Positions 13,701 through 27,432 of a DNA stretch of 64,000 nucleotides are shown here, piece by piece; the first letter of the stretch is position 1; every line of letters starts with the position of its first letter. A model generated the notes under the pieces. The model had not been told where the DNA came from. It saw only the letters and a list, made by a program, of their open reading frames with translations, and did no database searches. A program made the position numbers and the translations under genes. The DNA is from Owenia fusiformis (taxonomy: Eukaryota): contig CAIIXF020000001.1 in assembly GCA_903813345.2 (NCBI GenBank), positions 14,508,001 through 14,572,000 on the forward strand, given 5' to 3'.

Positions 13701-14789
13701 TTTATCTTATTTACCGCGTAACAGCTAATGCTTTATTTTGTCTAGGTTTCTGTGTTCAGTCTGGAACGATATACCTTTGTAAAATAATTGAATTAAATTT
13801 CTCTCTTCATCGCCATTGTGTAAAAAGGTTTTACTGTATGAAACAATGTACGTATTTAAGCATAATTTAATCTTATTGTGCATTTTATCAAATTCAATTC
13901 TTTTCTTAGGTTTTTGTGATTAAATCCTTTAATGAACTTTCAAGGAAAATTAAATCCAACAGATATATAATTACTATTCTGACATTTTTAGATTTGAAGC
14001 TAATCTGCTAATTGGGTAAAATTGCAGCTATTACTGTGAATTACAAGAAACAATAAATTTATCCAACAAAAGGCGGTATTTTCGTTTTTATCAAAGAGTG
14101 TTATTTTGATGTAAATCACGACTGTTTCGTAATGACACTCTGAGCCTATTCTAGCATGGCATTTTAACTATTGTAGTGAGAGACAGATGATAGATTAGAA
14201 TCGAGGAAATTCAGTAATTACCACGATTTCTTTTTTTCTAATATTGCAATCTGGGCTTTGGCCTGTGTGATTTATTGCGTGTAAGTTAGCGTTAGTGCGG
14301 TTAGACACATGCCCCTAAAGATAATCATCAAACGTGTCCACTGAAAGTTATTGAGGAAAAAAATTATACTGACCTGAAGATATAATATCCCTTTAAAACA
14401 TCTCCACATTCGTTATTGCTAGCACTTTGAATATTGTAATTCGACTGTCATCAAGATGTTGTCTCCTAAGGTGAAATATTAGAGATGTGATGGGGGATAA
14501 ATGTGTATTTGATTGCCTCAATTTATTTTATCTAACGATATGTTTTATTGGGTTGTTTACTTATATGTGAATTCCTCCCTCCAAGGTAAGCTAAAATGTA
14601 TGAATTAATATATAGTATATAGATAAGATAGCTTTATTCTTGTTATTGAGCAGAGAATGAAAAATATTTTTTTAAATCAGGGGACTATTTGGCATGAAGA
14701 AGACTGATCGCTTTCCAAACTCAACCTTAAAGGTCCGGTGCCAATAGCTCTGAATCTCAATCAACCCTTATTAAGTAACTACAGGTAGT

Positions 14790-15235
14790 GACAAAGTTGA
14801 AAGCAACATGTACAAGTCCTACCAATTCATTCCTTATGATTACAATTCATATAGTATCTCTCAAAAGATCTGTGATATGTTATTGATGAAATTATTAAGA
14901 ATTCAAGGTGCAAAATGGAGGGAGTGTTTGAATTCTCCCAAATAATATAAATGGTAGAGATCATAAAAATACAAAATTACAAGCAACATGTACAGTTGAC
15001 CTACCAATATATCCCTTACAATCTCAAATATAATATCTCCCAACAGATCCACGATATATTATAAATTAAGTTAGGACTCAAAGTGCCAAAATGAGTAAAT
15101 TCCCTAAAACAATAAAATATGTTACCACATTTTTATAAAAATGTTTTCCTCAAATACACTGTGGGGATATTTAGAAAATAGACATGACAAAGAATCATTT
15201 GAGCCCAAAATATTTAAAAACTAAACTAAGTCATA
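14790..15235 (+). repeat. Interspersed repeat with two internal ~180-bp units; related copy at ~49490-49680
   Basis: aagcaacatgtaca...cctaccaat...ccttacaatctcaaatataatat...gga(c/t)tcaaagt occurs twice here and once at 49497-49615, followed in both places by gaaaatagac..gacaa.gaat.at.tgagc.caaaatatt. Confidence 0.6.
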
Positions 15236-16703
15236 TTACAATGCCAATACAATATAACACGTTTGTTGAAACTCTTAATAATATTGTAATGCTTTGCAGA
15301 TCGTGTACCGAGGTTACCTACAAACTAGGTATATACACCCGATCCGCACAGTAAAATCACGGTACCGCACGGTACATAAAGAATATGGTACCGCACGATA
15401 CCGTTGGAGTATTGTGCCGTACTATACAGTGTTCATGGTACCGTACGGTACCATTTTAGTCTATTTAGTCAGATTGGCTGTGAATACCTAACATTCTTTT
15501 GAGTTTTTCACGTAGAGTATTTCTAATCACTCAAATAAATCTTGGATTTCTCTCCACTTTTTCCCTTTCCTTAAGCCAATAATATCCTTGCACATTTCTT
15601 CTTAAAAAGGTGCTAAGGATATTCAATGTATTTTCTACAGAAAGTGCAAAGGACAGACTCGTGTAACGTTTTAAAATATGTTTTATCAATTATTTACAAA
15701 GGAGTGGTATCGATATAGAGAACTTTTTGAACACACGTTTCTCTGAAACCAGTCATAGAAAAATCTAAAAATTTAACACATCGTCAATTTAATGGTCATC
15801 TTTTGAATGGTAACAATATATCTTGAAAAATATATATATACTTTCATCTATATCGTTTTAGAAAACACATTAAACACTTGTTTTGTTCTTGGTATCACGT
15901 TTCCAGAGTGAAATGAAACATCTTTCCGAACCTCATTGGAACAAAACGACATAAACACAACATGTTTAGGTCTCTCGATATTGTAACTTTCCAAAGGAAA
16001 TTTTGATTGATTGTAAAAAAGTATCTTGTTAATGAAATAAAAGGTTTATTTTGATTTTTTAAATCTATTTTGGGGGGATTTTGTTTTAATTTTTTGAATA
16101 CTTTCAAGCAAGCAAAAGTTCCTTTGTATTACTATAATATTGAGAGGTCTAAAAACATGTTGAACATGCTATTTTGTTCCAAAAGGTTCGGAAAGACATT
16201 TTATTTCTCAAGAATTGGTAGAAAGGAGCAAAAACAATTGCACTAAAAAAACAAAAAATGTTAAACGAAAACTAGAATTTTAAAACGTATTTTTCTCTGA
16301 ACCACTTTTTTAAAAATATATGAATAAGTTCATTTCTCGCTTATTAATCAACCAGTTATTTAATATGTTTTCGACAAAAAAAACACATAAGGGTGAACAC
16401 AATAAATTGGTGTGAATTATTACTCAAAAACATACATTTGACCACTAGATTCTACTTTAAAAACAATATTAGGTGGTTTAAACTTTACAGGGGGCCTTTA
16501 ATAAACGTTGGTATTAACTTTATTGTTATCAACGCTTGGAAAAACTGCTGGCGTAGAAAGTTTATAAATTACCCTTTGAAATTGAACAGATGACTCTGAG
16601 AGTAGTGAAATTCAATTTGGAACTTTTCATGCATGGTGTTTAGAAGGTGAGAAATCTTAACACTTTGATACAAAGTCTTGTATCTTGCATACGCAATAAC
16701 ATA

Positions 16704-18060
16704 CAGGGTGGGACAAACATATTATCGATTTCAAAGTCTAATAACTCATCCATTGTTATTGATGGCATGATTTGCCTCAAACCTTTTGAAATGACTAGTT
16801 TTGTATATTAGTGGTTTTCATGTACGTCTCTGCCTTTTTTGGTGGTCGCCAACGTTTTAACGAAGTTCACTTTCACCTATCTGAATACATGTATGTCAAC
16901 AAGCAGCACATGAGATTCTCGGCTGCTAATAACCCTACACAATCTCAAGATGGCCACTCAGTGTTGAGAAAATAACAGTATGGTGTGCTATAGGAAAGAA
17001 GGGCATTGTGGGCCCATTCTGGTTCAAAGATACCCAAAGAAACCCTAATTTCGAAAGGTACCAGAACATAGGGAGTATTTCCTGATGATAGGCTTATCTC
17101 ACGCAGAACCCCATGAGATCAACCAAATACCACTGGACATGATTCGGTGAGTTATTGTTAAGGTGGCATATAACCCTGTTTATTTTTTTCGTGAAGCCAC
17201 TCAGTAAAAGTATGATTTCTCTGCACTGATATCCAATCAAGATCATTCGAGTATCTATGTGTTCCTGACACGTTTGGACATCCGGGAATGACAACCCAAA
17301 GTTTGCACGCCATTTTGACGTAATCTATGAGTGAAATCGGGAAAACAAAATGGTGTGATATTCTTTCAAGATTGCTTATAATAACTATTTACAAAAATGT
17401 TCCCGAGACATAAATCTATTTAGGTAAAGTTTTGTTTTCAAGTCAGAAAGCCTCAATGAGATAATACAAACCCAGAAAAAACTCGGAAGACTGCAGTACA
17501 CTTAATCCCCATATAAAACTTAACTTGCCTACGTGACATGTACTAACATGTTCAAACTGTATTATAGAACCTTTTCAATATGGCATTTGCTCTGTGTTCT
17601 GTATATCCATCTACCTGCTTAATAAGGCAATGTATCTTCAAATAAAACCTTAGATAAGGAGATTAGTCTATGGAACACTTTTGTAAATCGTTTTCACAAG
17701 CAATTTTGTTTGTTTATCTCAACTTTTGTCTTCCCGATTTCAGTCATAAATTACGTCAAATGATCTTGATTGGACATCAGGGTGCAGAAAAGTCGTAATT
17801 TTACTGAGTGGCTCCGCGAAAAAATAAATAGGGTTATAAGCCACGTTAACTTCAAAATACATGTCAAGCACTCGGCCAGCGTTGCGTATGGATGGAACAC
17901 GCCATTCATTAAAATGGACTTAGTGATTTGATTGACAGCCACCAAAAATCAAACAAAACTTGCATCAATTCTTAGTCATCTCAGAACGTTTGAGACCAAT
18001 CATGCCAATAATGAATGAGTTATTACACTTTAAAATCAGTAACATTTTTGGCCCACCCTA
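16704..18060 (+). mobile_element. Decayed Tc1/mariner transposon with frameshifted transposase remnant
   Basis: TA-flanked TIRs cagggtgggacaaa / tttggcccacccta. 16855-17030 translates in pieces as EVHFHLS..YVNKQHMRF..NNP...PLSVEKITVWCAIGKKGIVGPFWFKD, typical of a mariner-like DD(D) domain. Confidence 0.85.
17162..17845. mobile_element. Kolobok-like non-autonomous element nested in the mariner
   Basis: ~80-bp imperfect TIRs (ggtggcatataaccctgtttatttttt... / ...aaaaaataaatagggttataagccac). TTAA on both sides (17158-17161, 17846-17849). Confidence 0.75.
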
Positions 18061-18699
18061 TATATGTTGACTTTTACGTTACAGATCTTTTGTTCATTGA
18101 AACATTTTGGGGTTGTTTAAGAATTTAAGAGTGGGACCATTTAAGGCACTGCCTTAAGAGTGAGATATTAAGATTACTTAAGTACTTAATTATTACAACA
18201 CCAGGTGATTAAGAAAACGTCATAACAAACATGCAAGGTTTTAGTTCAATTGACCTGACACGTCAACCCCCAGCGGTCATTTCTCTTGTTATATTCACGT
18301 TAAACAAGCATGATAAAATCTAGTTGCTGTGACTATTCACTGTATCTTTGTTAAGATATTCAATATCGAATTAAGACAAATTGAAGTAAATTGCCAAGGA
18401 TATTTCTATTCCATTACTGATCGAAGGCTCTATTGAAGATTGATGAATTTATATAAAGAAATTACTTTGGTACTGACTAAGAGATATTAGCCATTGAATT
18501 ACGTTTGATGCTCAATTTTCTCCACGGTGATTTCGTAATTGGAACTGTCATAGCGTAAGTAAGTTTACGTGTAAACAAACTTACACTTTCTGTTATCCGA
18601 CAGGCCAAGGGCAATATACAAGTGTAATATATACATAACCTTCCCACCCACCCATACAATTTGAAATATAGCCCTATCTATAGCGATGACACTTTATCT

Positions 18700-21550
18700 G
18701 CCGTTGACATGAGGTCATTGTAATGCGTTCTGCAAATTGCAATATTCTTTCTGTTTAAGATTGTTGAGGATAACAGCATTCTCTCTGTTATTGACATGAG
18801 GTTGTTGTTATGTATTCGGCAAAATACGTAAATTTTTGTCATGGACATGAAGTTGTTCTATTGTATTCCATCGTCGCTTTCCACTGGGTCTAGAGACCCC
18901 GTGTCATAAAATGTCAATTTGTTTCTCCAATTCATATGTGCCGGTTAATGGCCAGGTGTTAAGTCCACGGACCAAGGGCTTATTTAATACCCGGGGCTTC
19001 AGTTGTGTACCCAACGAAACGACAAGACATCCTGGGCTTTATATGATCTACATTACACAATGGTGTATAGAGGGATCAGTTTTTCTCAGACCTAGGTACC
19101 TTTTTTCTGTACCGTTTATTGTATTATATGCGGTTATTTTACTCTATGGCATTGCAATCCGTTCACATCATTAGCTACATAATTGATTAACTCAAATATA
19201 TGATATGTAAATAAGGGTTAATATGAACAGAATAAACAGGGAAATGTACTTGAAGTGGCGATTGTGTTTTCTGTCAGTCAGTGTTACCCCCCTTACCCAG
19301 CTCTATAGCGCGGTATGAGGTGACCCGATTATGCAAATGAGAAGACCCCGTTAAGTTGGTTTCCTATCAGAACAATCAAAACGGACGCAGACAATCTTCG
19401 TTTTAACTGTTGTTCCTCAACGTTTCGTGACCAAAATTCTCTAAACTATAGGAAATATGTTAAGTTATGAGGATGGATTGATTTTACTTACCAATCACCA
19501 ACATGAGCTGGCATATTCAGCTCTGGACTTCATGTCCAAAGGGGGGTAACACACATCGTCAGAATCAAATTCAAGTTATCGCATCCCATTTTAATTGGTT
19601 GATAGAACAGTATACGGTAAAGGCTGAACGCCAAATACATTGGAATTGCGAAAGAGGAACGTTCCGGGTTTTACGTTCGGACCCATTAAAACGTCCTGAT
19701 TCATCATGTGACAAAAGGTAACTGGTCAACTCGTACCCAAGACAACTCGTACCCAAGTCAAGTCGTACCCAAGACAACTCGTACCCAAGACAACTCGTAC
19801 CCAAGTATATGTTTTGTTTTGAATCAAGTGTTGGGATGGGAATGGGTATAGATATACATATTATAATGGTTACATACAGTTCAGAATAGTTTGAAGTATG
19901 TAGAAGAGTTTTTGGAAGAAATCGATTGAAATTTGTGACCAAATATATTGGTCACAGATTCAGATGTTTGAGGGAAGAGATTTATGTTTATTCCACATAT
20001 TCATAATCATTGTTCACAATATTAGTGGTATTTTTGTATGTTAATGAGTGTTTGGAACAAGTATCAGATCTAATTCATCTTGAAATATGGTATTATCAAA
20101 ATTATATAGATTTTCAAAACTTGCGCCTATTTCTTATTAAACAGATAATCTATTTAGGATTTCATATTATCAGATTAAAGAATGATAATTCTAAGAAGTC
20201 ACCTTCATAAAATTAAGCAATAAAAAATATTCTAAATAATATGAATATCAAATATTATTTTGATACTTATTCATACATGATATAATACACTTTGCATGCA
20301 TGTGTTCAAATATAATCCAATTAAGTTCAAAATGGAAAAGAAATTAACAGATTAAAGTTCCCTTATTAATTTTCTCTGAATGCACTAAGCTAAATTAATT
20401 GTTTGATTCATTTGTTGAAAAGTTACTGTTGTAATTATATTCATTTATATATATGTATTACAAAAAAAGTTGAGAACAAGCCCTTCAAAGCACTTCAAAG
20501 GTAATCCAAGTTAAAACAAAATGCTTTGCTTAATCCATTAAGAAAAAATGTCTTCTAAATTCAGAAAAAATATTGAGGCACATTATAAGATTTTATTTCA
20601 ATTTGTTTTCTTATATGCACCCATAATACAGAAAATAAACGTGGGTACGAGTTGTCTTGGGTACCAGTTGACTTGGGTACGAGTTGTCTTGGGTACAAGT
20701 TGTCTTGGGTACGAGTTGTCTTGGGTACGAGTTGACTTGGGTACGAGTTGACTAGGAAGCTGAAAAAATATTGAAAATGTCTATACGGACTGAATAAATA
20801 TCGCATCGTTGATTGGCCGATTGGTTTTGTGGCGTCTCACAAAACTCTGCGGGCAACTGCCAGGATGAGCAATATTGAAAGTGAACTCAGCTGGGGTTTA
20901 TTTACACAGTGGTCGGTTAAATCGGTCAGATTTATCAATGTGTGAGGTAAATTCTCACTGTTATCGAAAAAATTATACTTGAATATTTATACAGCTTTTA
21001 TAGATGTACATAGTGTAATCAAATCATGTTTATTTTTTGTTTTGGATAAATACCCCATTGGAACACATTGAACAATATTCAATAGTATATTCTTTTCCAA
21101 ATACCATAAATTAATTATATTGTATTCGGCAAGTTGCGTAAATTCTTTCTCTCATTGACATGAGGTTGTTCTATTGTTCTATTGTATTCTGTAAATTGCG
21201 GGGTTTATTTACACAGTGGTCGGTTAAATCGGGCAGATTTATCAAGGTGAGGTAAATTCTCTCTGTTATCGAAAGATGACAATCTTAGAATTATACTTGA
21301 ATATTTATACAGCTTTTATAGATGTATATAGTGTAATCAAGTCATGTTTATTGTTGGATAAATATCCCATTGGAACACATTGAACAATATTCAAAATAGT
21401 ATATTCTTTTCCAAATACCATAATTATATTGTATTCGGCAAGTTGCGTAAATTCTTTCTCTCATTGACATGATGTTGTTCTATTGTATTCTGCAAATTGC
21501 GTAAATTCTTTCTAACTGACATGAGGTTGGTCTATTGTATTCTGCAAATT
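18700..21550 (+). repeat. Interrupted ~50-bp tandem repeat (TGACATGAGGTTGTTCTATTGTATTC...) including a ~305-bp tandem duplication (20893-21199 / 21200-21480)
   Basis: The unit is seen at 18705-18870 and 21115-21550. ggggtttatttacacagtggtcggttaaatcgg starts both 20893 and 21200. Confidence 0.7.
19717..20760. mobile_element. Foldback/Mutator-like non-autonomous element with 16-bp subterminal tandem arrays
   Basis: Five CAACTCGTACCCAAG(A/T) units at the left and seven inverted units at the right. Flanked by TGACAAAA / TGAAAAAA (8-bp TSD, one mismatch). Confidence 0.8.
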
Positions 21551-22101
21551 ACAAGTTATAGTGAAGCTGCAAATGGAGCGGTTACTCTCTATCTTTGCTT
21601 CTAGGGCTTTTCTGGTAATAATACAGTGCAAACTGCTCGATGAATCTGTAATTCAACGTATAAAACGTACAGCGTTTGGGTCCCAGTTGTTAGAAGCGCT
21701 TTTCACAGCTGATGACCAAAACGCCGCTAAAAGGAGGGACTCTACATGTCAGAATAATATACTACAGAATGGCATTTTTGTTTTGCTTTGTATGGAACAA
21801 GTTTGAAGAAAAACGGCGCAGTATGAGACTTACAATCCTTGATTTTCAAACATCTGGTAGGTCTAAAATTCAAATTAACGATTTTCAACGTGCATAATTG
21901 GACCCGCATGACATGACATTTTATAAGGGAGCCAATATACGTATGTTGAAAATTCTCATTACTGGGTCAGTATCTATTCATTATCAGCGTCTGAACATGT
22001 ACATTGTTGTGCAGTCAATAAAGGTTAATAAATAACTAAATAACTAAATAGATGACTCAATCAACGGTTTAACACCCGATGGGCCCTAAATAAACTTAAT
22101 A

Positions 22102-23093
22102 CAGGGTGACCGGAAAAAAGGAGACCATTGAAATAGGCAATATCTCCTAAAATAGACTAGTGACATCAATGAAATTTTGCATACATCAGGACAGTTCTAT
22201 GGAAATTTGTTCCTGAAAGTGTCAATACAAGCAGTCAACTGGTTCAGGAGCTATGATCATTTACATAACATGCTCCAAATAGGCGCAATTGAGACCAACG
22301 CAGAGCTGGATACATTTGGCAAATACCCTTACATATTCCGACCTTGTTATGGCATTACATTTAGCATTTATTGCCACCTTTAGGTCAGCAATTGTCTCAG
22401 GATTGTTTTGGTACACATTGTCTTTCAAATTGCCCCACAAAAAGAAATCAGGTGGATTCAAATTTGAGGTGTATGGAGACGAAGCTTATCTGACCTATGG
22501 CTTCTGACTCAGTGGTCCCACTCAGTTACAGTATCATCCTAAGGAGGTTTTGGGCAGCCCTTGGTTTTCATATGGGATTTAATTGTGCCATATAGTGGTT
22601 TTAGTAACATGGCACTATGCCCAATACCTAAAGTGACTCTTAAGATTTGGTAAATCAGCACTTTGGCAACAGGATGATGAACCACATGTCAGATAACCCT
22701 TCATTGCCATTACAGCCTAGACTTGAATCCTGCTGATTTCTTTTTGTATGGATATTTGAAAGACAATCTATACCAAAACAATCCTCAGACTATTGTTGAC
22801 CTAAAGAAAGCAATCACTGCTATATGTAATGCCATAATAATGCCATAGAGGGCAGAACATGTAAGGGTAGTTTGCCATATGAATCCAACTCTGCGTTGGT
22901 CTCAATTGTGCCTATTTGGAGCATGTTATGTAAATGATCATAGCTCCTGAACCAGTTGAATGCTTGTATTGAAACCTTCAGTAACAAATTTCCATATAAC
23001 TGTTCCAGTGTATGCAAAATTTCATTGATGGCACTTGTCTAGTTTAGGAGAAATTGATTACTTCAATGGTCTCCTTTTTTTCCGGTCACCCTG
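22102..23093. mobile_element. Palindromic mariner-derived element made of two inverted 3' halves
   Basis: TA-flanked cagggtgaccggaaaaaa / ttttttccggtcaccctg, with ~360-bp inverted arms. Both arms encode a transposase C-terminus (minus: NPPDFFLWGNLKDNVY; plus: LNPADFFLYGYLKDNLY). Confidence 0.88.
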
Positions 23094-23879
23094 TACATTG
23101 AGTCCCTTTTACGAAACATTTCTTCTTGATAATCTCCTTTATGTTTCCTTCGTGTCAAGTTGAGCATGAACCTAATTCAAAGGTCTACTGATAAGAAACC
23201 CGTTTAAGTGTCATGCCAGTATTGAGTAACAATCGATTGGTATCAAATACAATTGAGCATTATTAGTTTTTAGAAAATCTTGCTGAAGATCAAATGGTAA
23301 AAAATATATCATTCTGTCTTTGATTTTGCTAATTTGCCAATCACTGGTTTTGATTTACATCCTTACACCTAAGATCTGATTTGGATACATTTATACAAAT
23401 TTTTCATTTAATTAGCTCAGAAACTTAGAAAATAGAAAAGCAATTGTGTGACAGCAAAGGATAGGAATGTAAAATATTAATTTTAAAGTATTCTTTATAA
23501 CCAGTGTATCTCCTTTACAGTTGTAAAAAATATCTGAAAGGGATTTGACAAATCTAAGTAATATAGAATCGTCCAAACTAATATAGGAATGGAAAAGAGA
23601 CTTACATGTTTTAAATTAGCATCAAAAATAAACTCAAATGCACCCCGTTTCACATTTACGTAATTAAATTAAATAACTAATTCCGTCAAATGAAAAGCAC
23701 ACGGGATATGTTGACATCCCTTGACACAGAGTTATCAAACTCAACTGGAGTATTTAAGACATATCTAAACATTTGATGAAGTCTATCGTGAATTTCTAAA
23801 AAATATTTTTTTTGTAATGTTACAAATATTCACGTTTAAAGTTTTTTATCTTAAAGAAAAAGCAAAGCCTCTTTTAACT

Positions 23880-24400
23880 ATATTTTTGAAAGAATTATTA
23901 CTTGTGTTGTAACACAAGGATCTGTTTTGGGCCCTATTCTATTCGTTCTTTACAACAATGCAAAATTGAGGACAAGAAAAATCTTAGGCTGGTAGAAATC
24001 AGGTAAAAATTCATTAAATATTGACAAAACTGTTAACATGTGTTTTGCTGATCAGTGCAATTATACGTTATTCAAATGACGTTAAAACCGTAATTATCTT
24101 ACAGTATTGTGATTCATTGCTTCCTCTCTTTAAAGCATATCAAATGTAATATGTAAAAAGCGTCTGCTAGATTCTGATACTACTCATCATATCTTTCTGT
24201 TTCACTTGTAACATGCTCTGATATCATAAGACACATTTTTGATTAAAGCTTATCCGATGGAAAGAATGCTCCTTGCAAGCTCATTTATCTTTTGATATTG
24301 CAGCTATTACTGTTAATATATTACCAATATTTAACAAAATACGGTGAGATGTTTTGATATGGTCAATATTGATCATTTAAAATACAGTCCTCATATCAAG
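23880..24400 (+). mobile_element. Highly degenerate LINE RT remnant
   Basis: 23903-23960 translates CVVTQGSVLGPILFVLYNN (RT QGS motif). Downstream fragments are shared with 32955-33045. Confidence 0.45.
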
Positions 24401-24614
24401 TTGGGTACTTACTAACTTTAATATATCACACAGTTGGTGTCATCGACTTACCCATTAATAGTATAGGAAGGTAGCTTAAACTCACTTCTAGACAATAGAC
24501 CTTTCCAATAAACCCTGTCACCTTTTGGTACATAAAAGAAGCTATGATATATTGGCTAGATTGGTGATTTTTTCCATTGTTTGTTCTTTTCGAAATAAGC
24601 AACAAATTAGCCTA

Positions 24615-25596
24615 CCCCAGTCACATTTCCTACGGCGACCTTGCGGTCTATCATTTCTGCGGCCAGTAGCTTTTCTACGCTGGCCGCAGAATTTCTGCGC
24701 TCTCATACTTTTGCAGTCACATTTCCCACGGCAGCCGCACGGTGAATTTTAAATTTCTATTGATAAATAATAGTTTTTTTCATTTTATTTACATCAGGAC
24801 AATTTATAAATGTTATTCAAAGTGCTAGGATGTAATATCAAATGAAAAGTGATCGTGAAACATTGACAAATAATGATTCAATCTTGTTGAGCCAGTTGAT
24901 TTCTACGGGGACCTCAGAAATGAACAAATATTATAACTCCGAGTTATAATTTCTACGCCTTCCTTGCGGCCTGTAAAAATCTGCATACGCCGTACGGAGG
25001 CCGCAAGGCGAGCGTAGTTTTTCTACGCTCGCCGCAGAAATTCACCGATTTAATTGTTCTGCGGTCGACTTGCGGCCGCCATGCGACAAATGTGACTGGG
25101 GTGTTACACCCCAGTCACATTTCCTACGGCGACCTTGCGGTCTATCCAATCTGCGGCCAGTAACATTTCTACGCTCGCCGTGGAATTTCTGCGCTCTCAT
25201 ACTTTTGCAGTCACATTTCCCACGGCAGCCGCACGGTGAATTTTAAATTTCTGTTGATAAATAATACTTTTTTCATTTTATTTACATCGTGACAATTTAT
25301 AAATGTTATTCATAGTGCTAGGATGTAATATCAAATGAAAAGTGATCGTGAAACATTGACAAATAATGATTCAATCTTGTTGAGCTTGTTGATTTCTACG
25401 GGGACCTCAGAAATGAACAAATATTATAACTCCGAGTTATAATTTCTACGCCTTCCCTGCGGCCTGTAAAAATCTGCATTCGCCGTACGGAGGCCGCAAG
25501 GCGAGCGTAGTTTTTCTACGCTCGCCGCAGAAATTCACCGATTTAATTGATCTGCGGTCGACTTGCGGCCGCCGTGCGACAAATGTGACTGTGGTG
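24615..25596. mobile_element. Tandem head-to-tail dimer of a ~490-bp TIR MITE (PIF/Harbinger-like)
   Basis: Two near-identical copies, 24615-25103 and 25107-25596, each with TIR (ca)ccccagtcacattt / aaatgtgactg(g/t)ggtg. They are separated and followed by TTA. Confidence 0.85.
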
Positions 25597-27279
25597 TTAG
25601 GCTGTATTTTTGTATGACCACGGTGCAATTGAATTGCATATATAATATTTTAATGAGTTTTCTCCCAAGGTACTTCTTACACACCCTAATGATATATGCA
25701 TAAATAGACGATGGCATCAATTTCTATCAATTCCTGTGTAGAATCTGAAAATGCGGCAGGCAGCCTCCTGAAAAATGAGCATTTTATTTCAAATGATCAA
25801 AGACTATACTAAAACATTTCTCATATTCTAGATCTGTTAAATATGGATATTATATAAATGGTTAAGCACTCGTGCCAAGAGAGAAATGAGAGAAATGGGG
25901 TTCCATGGACTATCCAATCAACTTTTATTATTCGTATATAATCGGAATATATTGTATTCTATCGGGGCTGCCATTAGATATAAACACAGGTACAAATGAT
26001 TAGGTTTTAGACTATGGCTCATTTAAAATGAAAAAGATTATAAACTGAGATGAAAGATCTAAAAATACTTAAAATCTAGGGTTTGCGGATCAACATATCT
26101 AACCTATAATGTCATGGCGTATCATGGCTGAGAAGAAATGAGATGTCATGGTTTATCATTATGCTTCAATACGTGCACAGTCAGTCACCATATTCTTTAA
26201 TTACTGGGACTATGACAAAGTATATATCAATTGCTAGAGAACAGGAAGCAGATGTATCCCCTTTTGCTCGCTCAAGAACTGTGAACTTGCATTTTTTGTG
26301 CGCTCAAGAACTGATCTTGCTAACGCATCATAAAGAACACAACCGGAATTGTAACTATAGGCTACTTTGAAATACAATAAATACATTTTGTAAATGGACG
26401 GGCACACCTAAAGTAAATGATTACCCAAGTACTAATTCTGTTAAATCAGTATACATGATGAGAAAAGTAATACCTTAGGGACTTTCAATTGTTATTCATG
26501 GGATAGACGCCATGAAACTTTGATGAGATATTTCATCAGTTGAACAATTGTGTGAAGTAGACCTAGGTACAGAGGTCGGCTTTATTGAAAAGTCAAATAA
26601 TACGGTACACAATTATTCGTCGCCTGGATCAGAAACAAATAGAGTGACACCAACGCTCGGGTTATACGTTTGCATCGTTAAATGTTGATTAATTTTTATA
26701 GCTATCTCTTTCATCATAATGATCATAAAACACCGACGGTTGACATGACCTGCACAGAAGCTCACAAATCCATCTCTGATATATAAAAAAAACATGATCC
26801 TTATTCCCAAATCTTTTGATCTTCAAAAAATAAGATCCCTTATTTTTATGCAGATATGATGTAAAAAAGTATCCCTTATTTTTAGTTTCTTATCCCATCG
26901 AACGAAGTGGGATATAGAGAATGGCTCCGTTAGTACATACTGACGTCCGTCCGGGCAACAGACAATGTTTTCATAGCTATTTTGTTAATTCTAATGCTTT
27001 TTAAAGACAAACGTACAAGAAGTTCAGGTAACATATCTTCAATCTCTATTTTCGGAGGTTTGGAAGATTTGTACGTATAAGTACATGTAAAACGAATTCT
27101 GATCATTCTGATACTCGTCACGTCTTTATGGTTTGCGACTAGCAATTGCAAGATAATCCGGCACAATGAGACTTACTGGCTGATCCCATCTTGATCTGAT
27201 ATCATCGAATGGAAAGAATTAATTGATTGCTATGAAGGCTAATTTGATCGCTCGGTCTTTATCCTATCTAAAAATTCCT

Positions 27280-27432
27280 ACGGATCCATAATCAGCCATA
27301 GGAGGAAAACTGTAAATACACCACTTGCCAATATTGTTTTTTATTGTCCACCAGTACAATTTGTCCAAAAACCACTCGAAGCTGAGATTGAACCCAGGAC
27401 CTCTAGCTTGAGAAAAACACACCACTGCACCT
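27280..27432 (-). mobile_element. tRNA-derived SINE head (degenerate)
   Basis: Minus strand reads ggtgcagtgg (A-box-like) ... gaggtcctgggttcaatctc (B-box-like). It does not fold as a complete tRNA. Confidence 0.45.

Noticed and set aside
19727-20752. CRISPR-like appearance of short regular repeats
   Set aside because: Units are contiguous with no unique spacers, inverted at the two ends, in eukaryotic DNA with no cas genes.
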